Below are positions 27,101 to 36,388 of a stretch of 37,404 bases of DNA, in pieces; position 1 is the stretch's first letter, and every line of letters starts with the position of its first letter. The stretch lies in contig JBFMGU010000091.1 of the NCBI GenBank assembly GCA_040752415.1, forward strand, positions 1 through 37,404. Reading direction: 5' to 3'. The stretch comes from Myxococcota bacterium (GTDB lineage Bacteria; Myxococcota; JACRCW01). A program made the position numbers and the translations under genes. The notes under the pieces were generated by a model. That model ran no database searches and was not told where the DNA came from. It was given only the letters and a program-made list of their open reading frames with translations.

Positions 27101-30100
27101 TCCCCCTTCCCGAGACACTGTCGTCCCTTGCGTCGATTGAGAACCTTCCTTCGTCGTTTGCCACGGACATCGAGGCGCTGTTCGCGAACCCGCCCGCGGC
27201 GCCGGTAGTCTCCCCGCCGTTGGCGCTGGACATGTTTCCGCAGCACTGGTCGGCGAGGCCCGAGGTGGCGCGGGGGGCGGAGGTGATCGCGCGGATCAGG
27301 CCTGGTCGCGGCTGTGGCGACGGTTTCTCCTCCACGCAGAATGACCTGGTGAGCTTGGATCTTCGGATTCAGTATGTTGGCGCTGAACAGGTCGAGACGC
27401 TTGGACCCCTGGCCCCGACGGATGGTGTCTTTGACGTGGACCAGGACTTCCGCGCGTCGGGTGGTGCCACGCCACTTATCCTGCCGCTGAGCGGACGGGC
27501 GGCGGTCAGCGGTACCGTGGCGACGTGGCCGGAGCTCTCGGCGGAGTTGGATGTCCGACTCGTGAAGCTGTCTTGCGCCGCAGCCACCGTGCCGGATTGG
27601 GAACAGCCTACCCAGTTCCCCTGGAACAACGATGGGAGCGCATTCCCTCCTCCCGAGAAGTTCACGCTCCCGGCGACGCCCGAAGAGTTCGCATCCGCGA
27701 GCCGCGAACTGTTCGCGGAGATCTTGACACGTTGCGACAAGGTGACGCTGCGACGTGCGTGCAAGGACGCCACGGGGAACTTCACCGATCAGCTCGACGG
27801 GTGCGAGCCCATGGGCCCCGGCCAGATCTGGAGCTTCGACTGGGAGGGCGAGGTTCGGGCCAGCGACCAGGTGATCCTCGTCGTGAACGGTTCCTCCCCG
27901 TACGACCCTGCGCACGTGAGCGTGTCTGGCCCTAACCTTGCCTATCTTGGCGAAGACCTGACCCACGGCCTCACCGCTCCCAATGAGCCTCCCACGACGC
28001 GGGCACCACCCCTCAGCGCCGCGGGAAGGAAGGTCTACTCCGTGCCGGTAGCAGTGGAGTGGAATCGCTGGGCGCCGCAGAACGGGAGATTCGCTGTTCC
28101 GGTGTCTTTGGGCGGGGCGTCCAGTCGGATCCATGTCACCGCGTTGGGGGTGCCGGCGACCTGGCTGGTGTCCCACGACGCGACACCGGAGGAGCGGGAG
28201 CAGGCAGCGCATCTGCTCATCCAAAGCCGGGGCGGCTTGGTGAAGCGTGTTGCGCTGGAGCAGATGCGGCCACCCGCGTTGTGTCCACAGTTCGATCACA
28301 AGGCCTGTAACGAGCCGGCCGACCCGACGAAACTGGAGTGCCACCCTCGGAGCTGTATCGACCCCTTTGGCCCTCGGCCGGACCATCCGTGGGTTCCGTG
28401 TCCGGACGAGCCGCCAGTCGCAAGCGTCTGCTTCACGCGACACGATCCCTGCGCGGATTGCGCGGGACCTGGCGACTGCATCTGGCCCGCCGACATCCCG
28501 GACAATCCCGAAGCCTGCAAGAAAGATCTGTGGCCTCCCCCTCCAGCGTGCGCTGGCGAGGAGGGAGAGAACCCCGCGTGCCTCCCGGGTGATGGCCAAT
28601 GTTTCAGCCTTGCCCGGTGTGTGGAGAACCTGCGGTGCATCCGGCCCGAGTGTGCAGTCGCGGCACCTTTGGAGTTGATGGGTGAGGCCGGCTGGCTCAA
28701 GTGCGTGCCTCCCGGATGGGACCAGTGCGGCCTCGACAACCACTGCGAAGTGTGCCCGCCGCCGGGCGTGCCCATCCCCCGCGGTTGCGACAACCTGTGG
28801 CCAGATTGCCCGCAGGTGGAGGAGTCCGAATGGCCGTTCCCGTTCCCATTCGCGCCCGTCGACCAGTATGTGGACTTCGAGGGTGCGCTCGGGGACCAGG
28901 TGTGGGTCTCTATCGAGCCCCCGCGTCGCGCGCTGATGGCCCATGTTCCGCCAGGGTGGGACCCGGTTGCCACCGCGGAGCGCCTGCTGGCTTGGGGAGA
29001 CCCTGCCCAACAGCTTCAGTGGATTGAGACCCAGGTCTATCTCAAGGCTATCAATCGCGATCTCAGAATCCAGCTGGAGCAGGGCAGCGGGGGCCCGACG
29101 CGCGTGGAGTACACGGTGCTCGCGCCCGAGAATACCCACGACCAGCCTCTGCCGCTCGAACTGGAGTCGCCCCACGCGCACTTCCTCGCGCGCTCTTTCC
29201 GCGGGTGGTCATACGGCACTTGGTCGGGTCCCGGCCCGGCTGCAGCGGCAAACCCCGAGCTGTGGAGGCCCTCAACGCCAGGCGATGCGATGACGGCACT
29301 CGCGTCGGCATTGACAGCCGGTGGCGCCTCGGTGGACGCCCTGTTGAAGCTGGGGATCGACGGTCATCCCCGCAAGCCGGTGAACGCGCAAACCATTTCC
29401 TCCTTGGCGGCTCCGCCAAGCGTGGAGGCGACGATCGCGCAGCAGAATGCGGCATTTCAAACCCTCCTGGAGCACTTCGACTCCGCGCCTCGGGTCCAGC
29501 CGGTGCGTCCCGGTTTGGGACTGCGGACGGGTCGCTACGAAGGTGGATGCGAGGATGTGTTCATCCAAGGCGGAATGGTTGGAGCGGGGCGTTGCGTTGG
29601 AGACATCACAACCGGGCTCGCATCCCTGGGCGCCGCACGCGACTCATGGGCGTTCGATGTCGACGTCAAGGAGACGACTACGCAGCTCTATGCTCCCTGC
29701 CCGCTGGCTGTCCCGCGCATTTCGCTCACCCTGGGCGCGAACGCGGGAGCATCGGTGACGCCAATGGTAGGCGCAAACCTGAACGGTTCTCTCACGGTGC
29801 CCCTGGTGGACTACCGGGACATGAACGGGGATGGCATTCCGGATCACATCGTGCTTGTGCCGTTCACCGGGGATCGCCCGGTTCCGACGGCACTGGTCTT
29901 CCGACGAGAGCGACGTAGTGAGCGGGGCCCCTTGGCGCAGCCCTACCGGGTCAGTCACACCGCGCTGGGCGGCACGGGTATGTCGGGGGCCATGGGGGTT
30001 TCTGCTTCGTTGCAGAGCCCGCCGCTCGGGGGCTACTTGGGTGCTGGGGGCGGCATCAACGAAGGCGGCGCCGCGGGCACTCTCTCAGACATCAATGGTG

Positions 30101-33100
30101 ATGGCCTGCCTGACATCGTCGTGGTGGTCCCGGACAGCGCAACCTGCCCATGGCGGGTTCACTTGAACTATGGGTACCGCTTCCGGGCGGAAGGGGAGTG
30201 CTGGAAGGTTCCGCCTCTCACTGCCGCCGCTGCGATGCGCCGGCCGCCGGTCGGGGACCTCCCGCCAAACTACGGGAGTCGTCCAACCGTGACCCAGACG
30301 ACCTCGGTCAACGGGTCGCTCGGCATGACCGCCTCGGCCGCCGGATTCCTCAGCGCCAGCGCACACGTGGCGCTCGGGGGAGCGCACAGCGCGCAGTTCA
30401 TCGATTTTGTCGACGTCAACGGCGACGGCCTGGTGGACCGGGTGCAGATGGAGTCGGACCACCTGCTCAAGGTCAACCTCAACACGGGATGGGGCTTTGC
30501 TCCGGCAATGGAGTTCCAGACCAAGGGTTGGGACGCGGCCATCCAGGCCCGCGGCTACGAGGTGGAGCCGGTACTTCCGCGTCACCTGGCCACCGCCGGT
30601 GGGGAATTCAAACTCAGCGGCCCCAACAGCGTCGACTCGGTGTTGCCCGGTTTCCTGGGGGCTTTCGCGACGGGACTAACGACAGATCTCAACAGCCTTG
30701 CGGTCGCCGATCGACATGCGGGGTTGACGTCCAGCACCAGCTTGAACCTTTCGGCCGGAGTCAATTTCGACGCAACTCCACTCTATTTCACCGTCGCGTC
30801 CGGCGTGGAAGCGAGCGCGGGCATCGAGTGGCAGGAGGGGCTGTTCGTGGACATCAACGGTGACGGCACGCCGGACCTGGTTCGCCGGGCACTGTTCTCA
30901 CCCAGGACCGCGGGGCTGTTCGTCCTGCCCAACCGGAGCGGGGAAGGAAACCGTCTCAATCTCGTCGTCAACCCGCTGGAGGGCGAGATCGAGCTGACCT
31001 ACGAGCGGGTCGGCAACACCCGCGACTTGCCGCAGTCGCGCGTCGTCCTCGCGAGCGTGGTCGAGCGCAGCAAGGTCGACAACGCCGTGGCTTCCGCGGA
31101 GCTGGATGGCGACCCGAAGCTGACCACGGGGACGGACATCCCCTCCGACGTGGCGGTGCGTTTCACGTACAAGGGTGGGCGCTACGACCGTGCCAACCGG
31201 GAGTTCCTGGGCTTCAGCCACGTGGCCACCGAGGAGATCCAGCCGCCCGCGGGACACACCAAACCCGATGGCCAGGTTTTGCGCACGACGTGCGAGGAAT
31301 ACTGGCGACCCGGGAACGGGCAGGACTACGAGGTGAGCGGGCTCTTGCGCCGGCGCACCCTCTCTGCCGGTTCCGCGCGCGACAGCATGTGTGACGAGGG
31401 CTCGGTGCGCCTGAGCGAGACGCGCTACGCTTATGTCGCGCTAACCCAGCTGCAGCCGGAGTGGAACCCCACCACGTTGGGGCCCGCGTTGTGTCCACGA
31501 CCGGCGCCCCTTCCTGACGACGCGTGTCGCTCGCGCGCATACGTCCTGGAGAGCGTGCGGAGTGAGGAATACGAGGGGACGCACGTCTCTTCCCGCACCG
31601 GAGAGACGTACCGGGCCTACGACGACCGCGGCAACGTCACGGAGTACGTGGACGAGCAGGACCTCGACGACCGGAATGACAACCTGGTGGTCGCGGTGGC
31701 CTACGAGGACCTGGCGACACGCTACCTGGCGGCCCTCCCGAGGGATATCCAGGTCTATGGTTCTTCCGGCCGGCCACCGGCTCTCCGACACCGCAGCGCA
31801 ACCTACGACCTCATCACTGGGAAACCAAACACCATCAGCTACCACGGCGAGCAGACGCTCACGACGTCGTACACCTACGACACCTATGGCAACGTCGAGC
31901 AGATTACCGACGTACAGACCGGCTATGTGGTCCATGTCGAGCACGGCACGGCGGAGATTCCCGATCCGACGCACTCCTTCGTCACCAAGGTCTGGGACGA
32001 GCTTGGGCAGCGCACCAAGCGGACCTACGACTTCCGCTTCGGCGTGGTGAAGGAGGAGCGCGACGCGAACTCAAACGAAACGGATCCTAAGGACCGGATC
32101 CGCTACGACTATGATGCACGCGGCCGGTTAAAGTCGGTCTATCCCCCGAACGGGCACGAGGCCGTTGCGCTCTACTTCAGTGGTAGGAGCGCCACGGCAA
32201 CGACGCGCGGGGTGCCGCGGGATCGCGGTCTCGTTGTGACGACGGTCGTCGACGGCCTGGGGCGAATCCATCACCGGATGCGCACCTCGCCAGCCGACGA
32301 CACCAAGCTGGTGTATACGGACCTGCGTCGCTGGGATGAGTTTGGAAGGCTGCGGCTTCAGGGGCTAGCGCAACCGGAGCCGTCGGTGGGCGCACCGGCA
32401 CCAACCCTACCACGTGCTCCCCGGCGCACCGACTATGACGTCAAGGGCCGGGTGAGCCGAACGCTCGAGCCAGCGGGCCGCCGGGATGGGAGCCCGGCCA
32501 GGGACACCGCGTTCACCTACAGCGCAACCACGCTGGACGGCCTGCCACGGCTGCTGCGCACGGTCATCATCGAGGCGCGCGACCCGCTGACGCTGGACGT
32601 CATCACTGGTGCACAGGCCGCGGACCGCGCCTCGGCGTCGATTGTCGAGGTGGCGCGCGAGCGCGTGCTGGCCATGATCGAGTTCCCCCTGGGGCGCGCT
32701 GCCGACGTGCAGCGCATGACGAAGTACTTCTATGACCCACTGGGCCAGCTCGAGCGCATCGACGACGCGGCGGGGAACGTTACCCGGTTCATGTACGACA
32801 GTCTGGGGCGTCAAACCGCGGTGACCGCGCCCGACACGGGCACCACCAGCTACCACTACGACGCGAAGGGCAGGTTGGACTTCAAGCAGGACGCTCGCGG
32901 CGTTCGTGGCCGGGTCACCTACGGATACGAGGACAACTCCTCACGCGTCGTGTCCATCACGCGAGGCACGGAAAGCAGGCCGGCGTTCACCTTCACCTAC
33001 GGGCGGGACAACGACGCGGATCGCGCCCGCCGCGCGGTGGGCCGCGTGTGGTCCACCACGCACGACGATGGCAGGGATGAGCTGACGTTTGATGCGCTTG

Positions 33101-35172
33101 GCAACGTGACCGAGACCAAGCGCATTGTTTCCGCGAGTGAGAGCTACACCCTCAACCAGGTGTATGACGCCCTGGGGCGCGTCCGGTCGATCACGTTCCC
33201 CGAAGAGCCGTCGGGGGGGCGCAACAGACTCAGTCGAAGGCGCACGAAGGTCGACTATGAGTACAATCGTGCGGGTCTCGTGACGCGTGCCCACGTGGGC
33301 GGGACGGACTATGCCCAGGTCAGCTACACGATTGAGGGGCTCCGCTCACGGCTCACGTTCGCCTCGGGTGCGACGCAGGACCTGTTCCACGACGACCGAA
33401 CGCTGCGCGTCTACAGCATGAGGACCGCCCGCTATCAGCGGTCCACGGGGAACCGAGGTGGCGGGTCGCCGATTCCGCCGCCGTCGTGCGGTGAGCTGGT
33501 GTGTCCCCCGGATGTCAATGACCCACAACCACCCAGCGTCACCAGGTACCAGGGCGCCACCCTGACCTACGACGTCATGGGCAATGTCCTGTCCATCAGC
33601 AACTCCACGGACGACCCGGACCTGACCACGGACTCGCGCGCGTCTCTCGGCAAGGGGAAGGTGCCGAAGTCATTCGTGCAGACGTTCCAATACGACAAGC
33701 TGGACCGGCTGACCCAGGCCGAAGGGACGTTGACCTACGAGGACGGGCAGACCAACCGCTACTTCTCGCTGTTCCGGCACGACGACATCCACAGCATGAC
33801 CCACAAGGAGCAGAACGCGTGGGCCGAAGGTGAGAACGCGCCGCCAATCCAGGGTCAATCGCACACCTGGGACTACGAGTACGACGCGGGAACGCCGCAC
33901 CGTCTCTCCGCGCTGCGGACGCCGGACGGGGGCATCTACGCGAGCTACGCATATGACCAGGCGGGTCAGCAGCTGAAGTCGGTTGAGGGAGGGCTCACGC
34001 GGCACTACCGGTGGACCGCGGATGGTGCGTTGCAGTGGGTGGCGCACGACTTGAGCGGGAACGACCGCATCGGGAGCTATGCGTACAACGCGTCGGGCGA
34101 CCGGGTCGCGAAGACGGTGGGCCGCGACGTGACACGGTACGTGGGGCCGCACAGTGTCAGGTCGCCGACACAGCTCATCAACCACATCTTCGTCGGCAAC
34201 ACGCGCGTGGCGAGCCTGGTGAATCCCGACCAGGGGGATGCGTACGAGGTCGAGTACGTGACCGATCACCTGGGCAGTACGTCGATGCTGCTCAACGGGG
34301 CGGGGGGCGTGGAGGAGTGGACGGCGCTGTACCCGTATGGTGAGCCGTTTGCGGAGCTGACCGATGGGAACGGTGCGGGGCTGAGCCAGCGCATTCTGTA
34401 CACGGGCAAGGAGTGGGATCCGGAGACAAAGTTCAGCTACTTCGGCGCGCGGTATCTGGACCACAAGCGAGGTGCGTGGCTCTCGCCGGACCCAGACCTC
34501 AAGTGGCTTGAGCAGGGTTCCATTGGCTTGAATGTTTACCATTATTCGCGCTGGAACCCCACAAAGTACATTGACCCAGACGGGCGGGAGCCAACGAAAT
34601 CGGAGGCAGGGACAACCACTGAAATGCAGCAGACGCTGACGACGAGATACCTGAAATCCGCGGACGAGAGCGGCACTGCGCCCCTTTCTGCGTTTGGAGT
34701 CCGCGATGGAGACAGCCACGCGATGATGTCGTTCGATGGCAAGGGCCGGTACGTCTACACCAAGAAGGCCGGCTGGATCGACATGCGGCATTTTCTAACC
34801 TATGCAGCGATTGCACAGAAGCTTAAGGAAAATGGAAATCGTGACCCAATCTCGGCAGCGCTCGATGTGGGGGTAATGCAGGAGGTGCAAGATATCTTCA
34901 AGCCCGGAGGCCTCGCTTCGTCTTTCTCGTATGAAGATCTTCCCTCTGATTTCCACGGCGCGTGGTTTGCCGTACGGGAGTTCGATCCCACGAAGCCATT
35001 CGGACCACAAGTCAAGGCATACCTAGACAAGCTGGGCGCGACCAAACCGGAAGACGCTCCGAACTACTCGGGCCTTCGTCCGACGCCGGACGATCCGCCC
35101 AGCGACGACATACCCCGGAACTTCGATGTCAAGCCGTTACCCGAACACACTGAGCAGGGGCAGGCCAAGTGA
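24172..35172 (+). CDS. Giant RHS/YD-repeat polymorphic toxin: ZU5-like, SpvB/TcaC N-terminal, FG-GAP/TcdB-mid, YD repeats, RHS core and C-terminal toxin tip
   Basis: SpvB-type LPAGRGNYQPTLGLTYSS..GIAGEGWSL; six DxNGDG/DxDGDG motifs; TcB-like YKGGRYDRANREFLGF; YD repeats (YDPLGQL, YDSLGRQ, YDALGRV). RHS core DHLGST...YPYGE...YTGKEWDPET..YFGARY..WLSPDP...NPTKYIDPDG, then ~195 variable aa. Confidence 0.93.
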   Translation: MILDHPRQGRHFAGQAPLSGFVEGLPSGSEPTIVSVSGEHIGSSYEQVTQNGVFALVVSRQSEGTGPWWVDVTAYVADGAPLTRRVHLRTDYVEDRGGRNGRSTSGLDPEIERALFGLEGDEATGTITREHGGEIKLGERVKLTAPGNAVRTDQELKVRRPSSVGLARLNPGMINVTAPRGGGYQFLPHGARFETPITISIPYDPTLIPRGMGPSDVRTYYYDEQGAEYLPLERVMVDPNEYLVVSLTDHFTDMINAVIVKPEGPSPQSFNSNAISGAATADPLAGMTLVAPPRARSDGTAVVDYPFVLPAGRGNYQPTLGLTYSSEAKHGIAGEGWSLTLSSIEIDTRFGSPRYETEPLDLDTNVVGERYLWSGQALVPVAEPAFLTSVKMCSKGGAATSQVFRLRKEGPFALIVRCGADHTSYYWEVTHKDGTRFTYGSRLDSRVLDPARANDPNGSGGAVINADGGVSFPDGRITWPAEGVACPADGRNIGKWLLEEVADTHGNVTDYSYSVEEANAWDSYDGTHVPCCVGESCPPQGTAYYVSRRLRSIQYTRAVGVAPVYSVDLEYQRRDGQGVADVDVSGRLGFKVVEDRRLSAVKVRCLVPECGQEPVREYGFEYDPPREANGYRTLLTAIRSCPDVGCTADAEAAGLVHTTRFGYTPFERRLGPAETEEEGAELWRLPDFDTMPLSGGVNAGFTEILGGGVYLAGAGNVVNSNAHTGAGATLSMFTDINGDGLPDHVVKTSPDTWFSGMTLIAYNTGRPDGDGRPAFTPVAPPNDPTLMRVVNVPLPLGIDVSQSFSLSDVTTVGLPGSAATASVRGGGSATLSASVAFPIDVDGDGLLDFVHGPVTHLQRRVLPSPVTPEEIIRFEPENIPFSTGTCSRSATVPSDVSTDIPRLELPRNVKGLMDAVQTRNPTYRWVAPQDGTVQIDVDAFTFTACDPSVPDDEKPQLEVVILTGPVRPPTPDPQQPIPLPETLSSLASIENLPSSFATDIEALFANPPAAPVVSPPLALDMFPQHWSARPEVARGAEVIARIRPGRGCGDGFSSTQNDLVSLDLRIQYVGAEQVETLGPLAPTDGVFDVDQDFRASGGATPLILPLSGRAAVSGTVATWPELSAELDVRLVKLSCAAATVPDWEQPTQFPWNNDGSAFPPPEKFTLPATPEEFASASRELFAEILTRCDKVTLRRACKDATGNFTDQLDGCEPMGPGQIWSFDWEGEVRASDQVILVVNGSSPYDPAHVSVSGPNLAYLGEDLTHGLTAPNEPPTTRAPPLSAAGRKVYSVPVAVEWNRWAPQNGRFAVPVSLGGASSRIHVTALGVPATWLVSHDATPEEREQAAHLLIQSRGGLVKRVALEQMRPPALCPQFDHKACNEPADPTKLECHPRSCIDPFGPRPDHPWVPCPDEPPVASVCFTRHDPCADCAGPGDCIWPADIPDNPEACKKDLWPPPPACAGEEGENPACLPGDGQCFSLARCVENLRCIRPECAVAAPLELMGEAGWLKCVPPGWDQCGLDNHCEVCPPPGVPIPRGCDNLWPDCPQVEESEWPFPFPFAPVDQYVDFEGALGDQVWVSIEPPRRALMAHVPPGWDPVATAERLLAWGDPAQQLQWIETQVYLKAINRDLRIQLEQGSGGPTRVEYTVLAPENTHDQPLPLELESPHAHFLARSFRGWSYGTWSGPGPAAAANPELWRPSTPGDAMTALASALTAGGASVDALLKLGIDGHPRKPVNAQTISSLAAPPSVEATIAQQNAAFQTLLEHFDSAPRVQPVRPGLGLRTGRYEGGCEDVFIQGGMVGAGRCVGDITTGLASLGAARDSWAFDVDVKETTTQLYAPCPLAVPRISLTLGANAGASVTPMVGANLNGSLTVPLVDYRDMNGDGIPDHIVLVPFTGDRPVPTALVFRRERRSERGPLAQPYRVSHTALGGTGMSGAMGVSASLQSPPLGGYLGAGGGINEGGAAGTLSDINGDGLPDIVVVVPDSATCPWRVHLNYGYRFRAEGECWKVPPLTAAAAMRRPPVGDLPPNYGSRPTVTQTTSVNGSLGMTASAAGFLSASAHVALGGAHSAQFIDFVDVNGDGLVDRVQMESDHLLKVNLNTGWGFAPAMEFQTKGWDAAIQARGYEVEPVLPRHLATAGGEFKLSGPNSVDSVLPGFLGAFATGLTTDLNSLAVADRHAGLTSSTSLNLSAGVNFDATPLYFTVASGVEASAGIEWQEGLFVDINGDGTPDLVRRALFSPRTAGLFVLPNRSGEGNRLNLVVNPLEGEIELTYERVGNTRDLPQSRVVLASVVERSKVDNAVASAELDGDPKLTTGTDIPSDVAVRFTYKGGRYDRANREFLGFSHVATEEIQPPAGHTKPDGQVLRTTCEEYWRPGNGQDYEVSGLLRRRTLSAGSARDSMCDEGSVRLSETRYAYVALTQLQPEWNPTTLGPALCPRPAPLPDDACRSRAYVLESVRSEEYEGTHVSSRTGETYRAYDDRGNVTEYVDEQDLDDRNDNLVVAVAYEDLATRYLAALPRDIQVYGSSGRPPALRHRSATYDLITGKPNTISYHGEQTLTTSYTYDTYGNVEQITDVQTGYVVHVEHGTAEIPDPTHSFVTKVWDELGQRTKRTYDFRFGVVKEERDANSNETDPKDRIRYDYDARGRLKSVYPPNGHEAVALYFSGRSATATTRGVPRDRGLVVTTVVDGLGRIHHRMRTSPADDTKLVYTDLRRWDEFGRLRLQGLAQPEPSVGAPAPTLPRAPRRTDYDVKGRVSRTLEPAGRRDGSPARDTAFTYSATTLDGLPRLLRTVIIEARDPLTLDVITGAQAADRASASIVEVARERVLAMIEFPLGRAADVQRMTKYFYDPLGQLERIDDAAGNVTRFMYDSLGRQTAVTAPDTGTTSYHYDAKGRLDFKQDARGVRGRVTYGYEDNSSRVVSITRGTESRPAFTFTYGRDNDADRARRAVGRVWSTTHDDGRDELTFDALGNVTETKRIVSASESYTLNQVYDALGRVRSITFPEEPSGGRNRLSRRRTKVDYEYNRAGLVTRAHVGGTDYAQVSYTIEGLRSRLTFASGATQDLFHDDRTLRVYSMRTARYQRSTGNRGGGSPIPPPSCGELVCPPDVNDPQPPSVTRYQGATLTYDVMGNVLSISNSTDDPDLTTDSRASLGKGKVPKSFVQTFQYDKLDRLTQAEGTLTYEDGQTNRYFSLFRHDDIHSMTHKEQNAWAEGENAPPIQGQSHTWDYEYDAGTPHRLSALRTPDGGIYASYAYDQAGQQLKSVEGGLTRHYRWTADGALQWVAHDLSGNDRIGSYAYNASGDRVAKTVGRDVTRYVGPHSVRSPTQLINHIFVGNTRVASLVNPDQGDAYEVEYVTDHLGSTSMLLNGAGGVEEWTALYPYGEPFAELTDGNGAGLSQRILYTGKEWDPETKFSYFGARYLDHKRGAWLSPDPDLKWLEQGSIGLNVYHYSRWNPTKYIDPDGREPTKSEAGTTTEMQQTLTTRYLKSADESGTAPLSAFGVRDGDSHAMMSFDGKGRYVYTKKAGWIDMRHFLTYAAIAQKLKENGNRDPISAALDVGVMQEVQDIFKPGGLASSFSYEDLPSDFHGAWFAVREFDPTKPFGPQVKAYLDKLGATKPEDAPNYSGLRPTPDDPPSDDIPRNFDVKPLPEHTEQGQAK

Positions 35173-35630
35173 CAGACCGCTGCATGCGTTCACCACATTC
35201 GCTACGACCCTGGCGTCAGCGCCGCTCCCACCTTTATTTGTGTGGCGTTCTACTTGTCTGGGTTTTTGCTTGCGACCGTGTCTTTGCCTGCGGGCGTCCC
35301 AATGATGCGGACGTTGCGCGGGTGAAGCGTATTGTCTCATGGGTTGAAGGTTACGTCCGGAGTCAGGGCAGGGCGCCTCCGGCGCGATGCGTCGCTCATG
35401 GGGATGTGTTCTACGTTGTGTTCGACGACGGCTATCAAGTCGGCATCAATTCAGGTGATGAAAGACTGTTCTGGTTTGATTCTCGCCTGAGGCAGTGGTC
35501 CTTCGACCCAGATTTTGAAGTCAACCGTCGCCGGCTCTCGCCAAGCACCAAGCTGGTTGACCGAATGATTGACGAACGAGACTCTTGCGCAGATGTGTCC
35601 CGCGGCGGAGCGCCTTCATGGAGTCAGTAG
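35169..35630 (+). CDS. Putative cognate immunity protein, lipoprotein-like
   Basis: GTG overlaps the toxin stop (GTGA). A basic N-region and hydrophobic stretch are followed by VFAC. Function is inferred from position only. Confidence 0.6.
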   Translation: MTDRCMRSPHSLRPWRQRRSHLYLCGVLLVWVFACDRVFACGRPNDADVARVKRIVSWVEGYVRSQGRAPPARCVAHGDVFYVVFDDGYQVGINSGDERLFWFDSRLRQWSFDPDFEVNRRRLSPSTKLVDRMIDERDSCADVSRGGAPSWSQ

Positions 35631-36388
35631 TTTCGGACGGAGCTGGCTGTAAGCGAGGCTCGGTCTTGCAGTGCTTCTGGCTCTCACCGGATCCAGCGTG
35701 GTTGAAGCAGGGGCCTGTGGGGCTCAATCCCTATCAATATGCGTTCTGGAGCCCAGCGAGATTCATCGATGCAAATGGTGAGTTCGGATCTGAGGCGCAT
35801 GTGCTAATCACTCTTGAGGTGCTCAACCCGAAGACAGCTTCAGAATGGGAACGCGCGCGGCGTATCGCGTCGGCGAATGTGAGTGTTGACTACTCGGACC
35901 CAGACAGCGTTAGGGATATCGTCGCAGCCGGCGAAATCACATACCGTGCGAAGCAGGAGGGGCGTGAACTCACGTCAGATGAGGCGAGGGCAGTCGCTTC
36001 GCTTCGCGAGCGCGTCAGCGAAAGAAGTCGACAAAACTTCCTAGAAGTCATCATCGACTACTTCGGCGTGGACGAAGAACACGCAACCGGGGGGAAGGTC
36101 AGTGAAGCACGGACGCGGGCTGAGTTGTTGGAAAGGGCTGCACGTGATGAATATGAGCGTGGAAACGAAGCAGAGGGTGACGCGCTACTGGGTCGGGCCA
36201 CCCACATCCGCCAGGACATAGAGGCCCACAAAGGCATTTCCGCACTGGTCCACCTCATTGAGGACATCCTCCCCTCGTGGATTATCCGGGGACCGGACGA
36301 CCCAGCTCGATTGCTCTACCCGCGCGACTACCGGCGGGCAGTCGAGGCAACTGAGAGGTCCGTCAGTTCTGCGGAGGAGGACGAATGA
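35618..36388 (+). CDS. Orphan RHS C-terminal toxin module, Zn-dependent phospholipase C / S1-P1 / HET-C-like tip
   Basis: It keeps only the end of the RHS core (WLSPDP...GLNPYQYAFWSPARFIDANG, 35678-35779), followed by FGSEAH...ANVSVD...EH...LGRATHIRQDIEAH. GGAG lies 7 nt before ATG 35618; the start is uncertain. Confidence 0.78.
   Translation: MESVVSDGAGCKRGSVLQCFWLSPDPAWLKQGPVGLNPYQYAFWSPARFIDANGEFGSEAHVLITLEVLNPKTASEWERARRIASANVSVDYSDPDSVRDIVAAGEITYRAKQEGRELTSDEARAVASLRERVSERSRQNFLEVIIDYFGVDEEHATGGKVSEARTRAELLERAARDEYERGNEAEGDALLGRATHIRQDIEAHKGISALVHLIEDILPSWIIRGPDDPARLLYPRDYRRAVEATERSVSSAEEDE

Noticed and set aside
26830..29181. 783-aa minus-strand ORF inside the RHS gene
   Set aside because: Its Arg/Gly-rich composition is typical of a shadow frame, and the + frame is continuous with the toxin.
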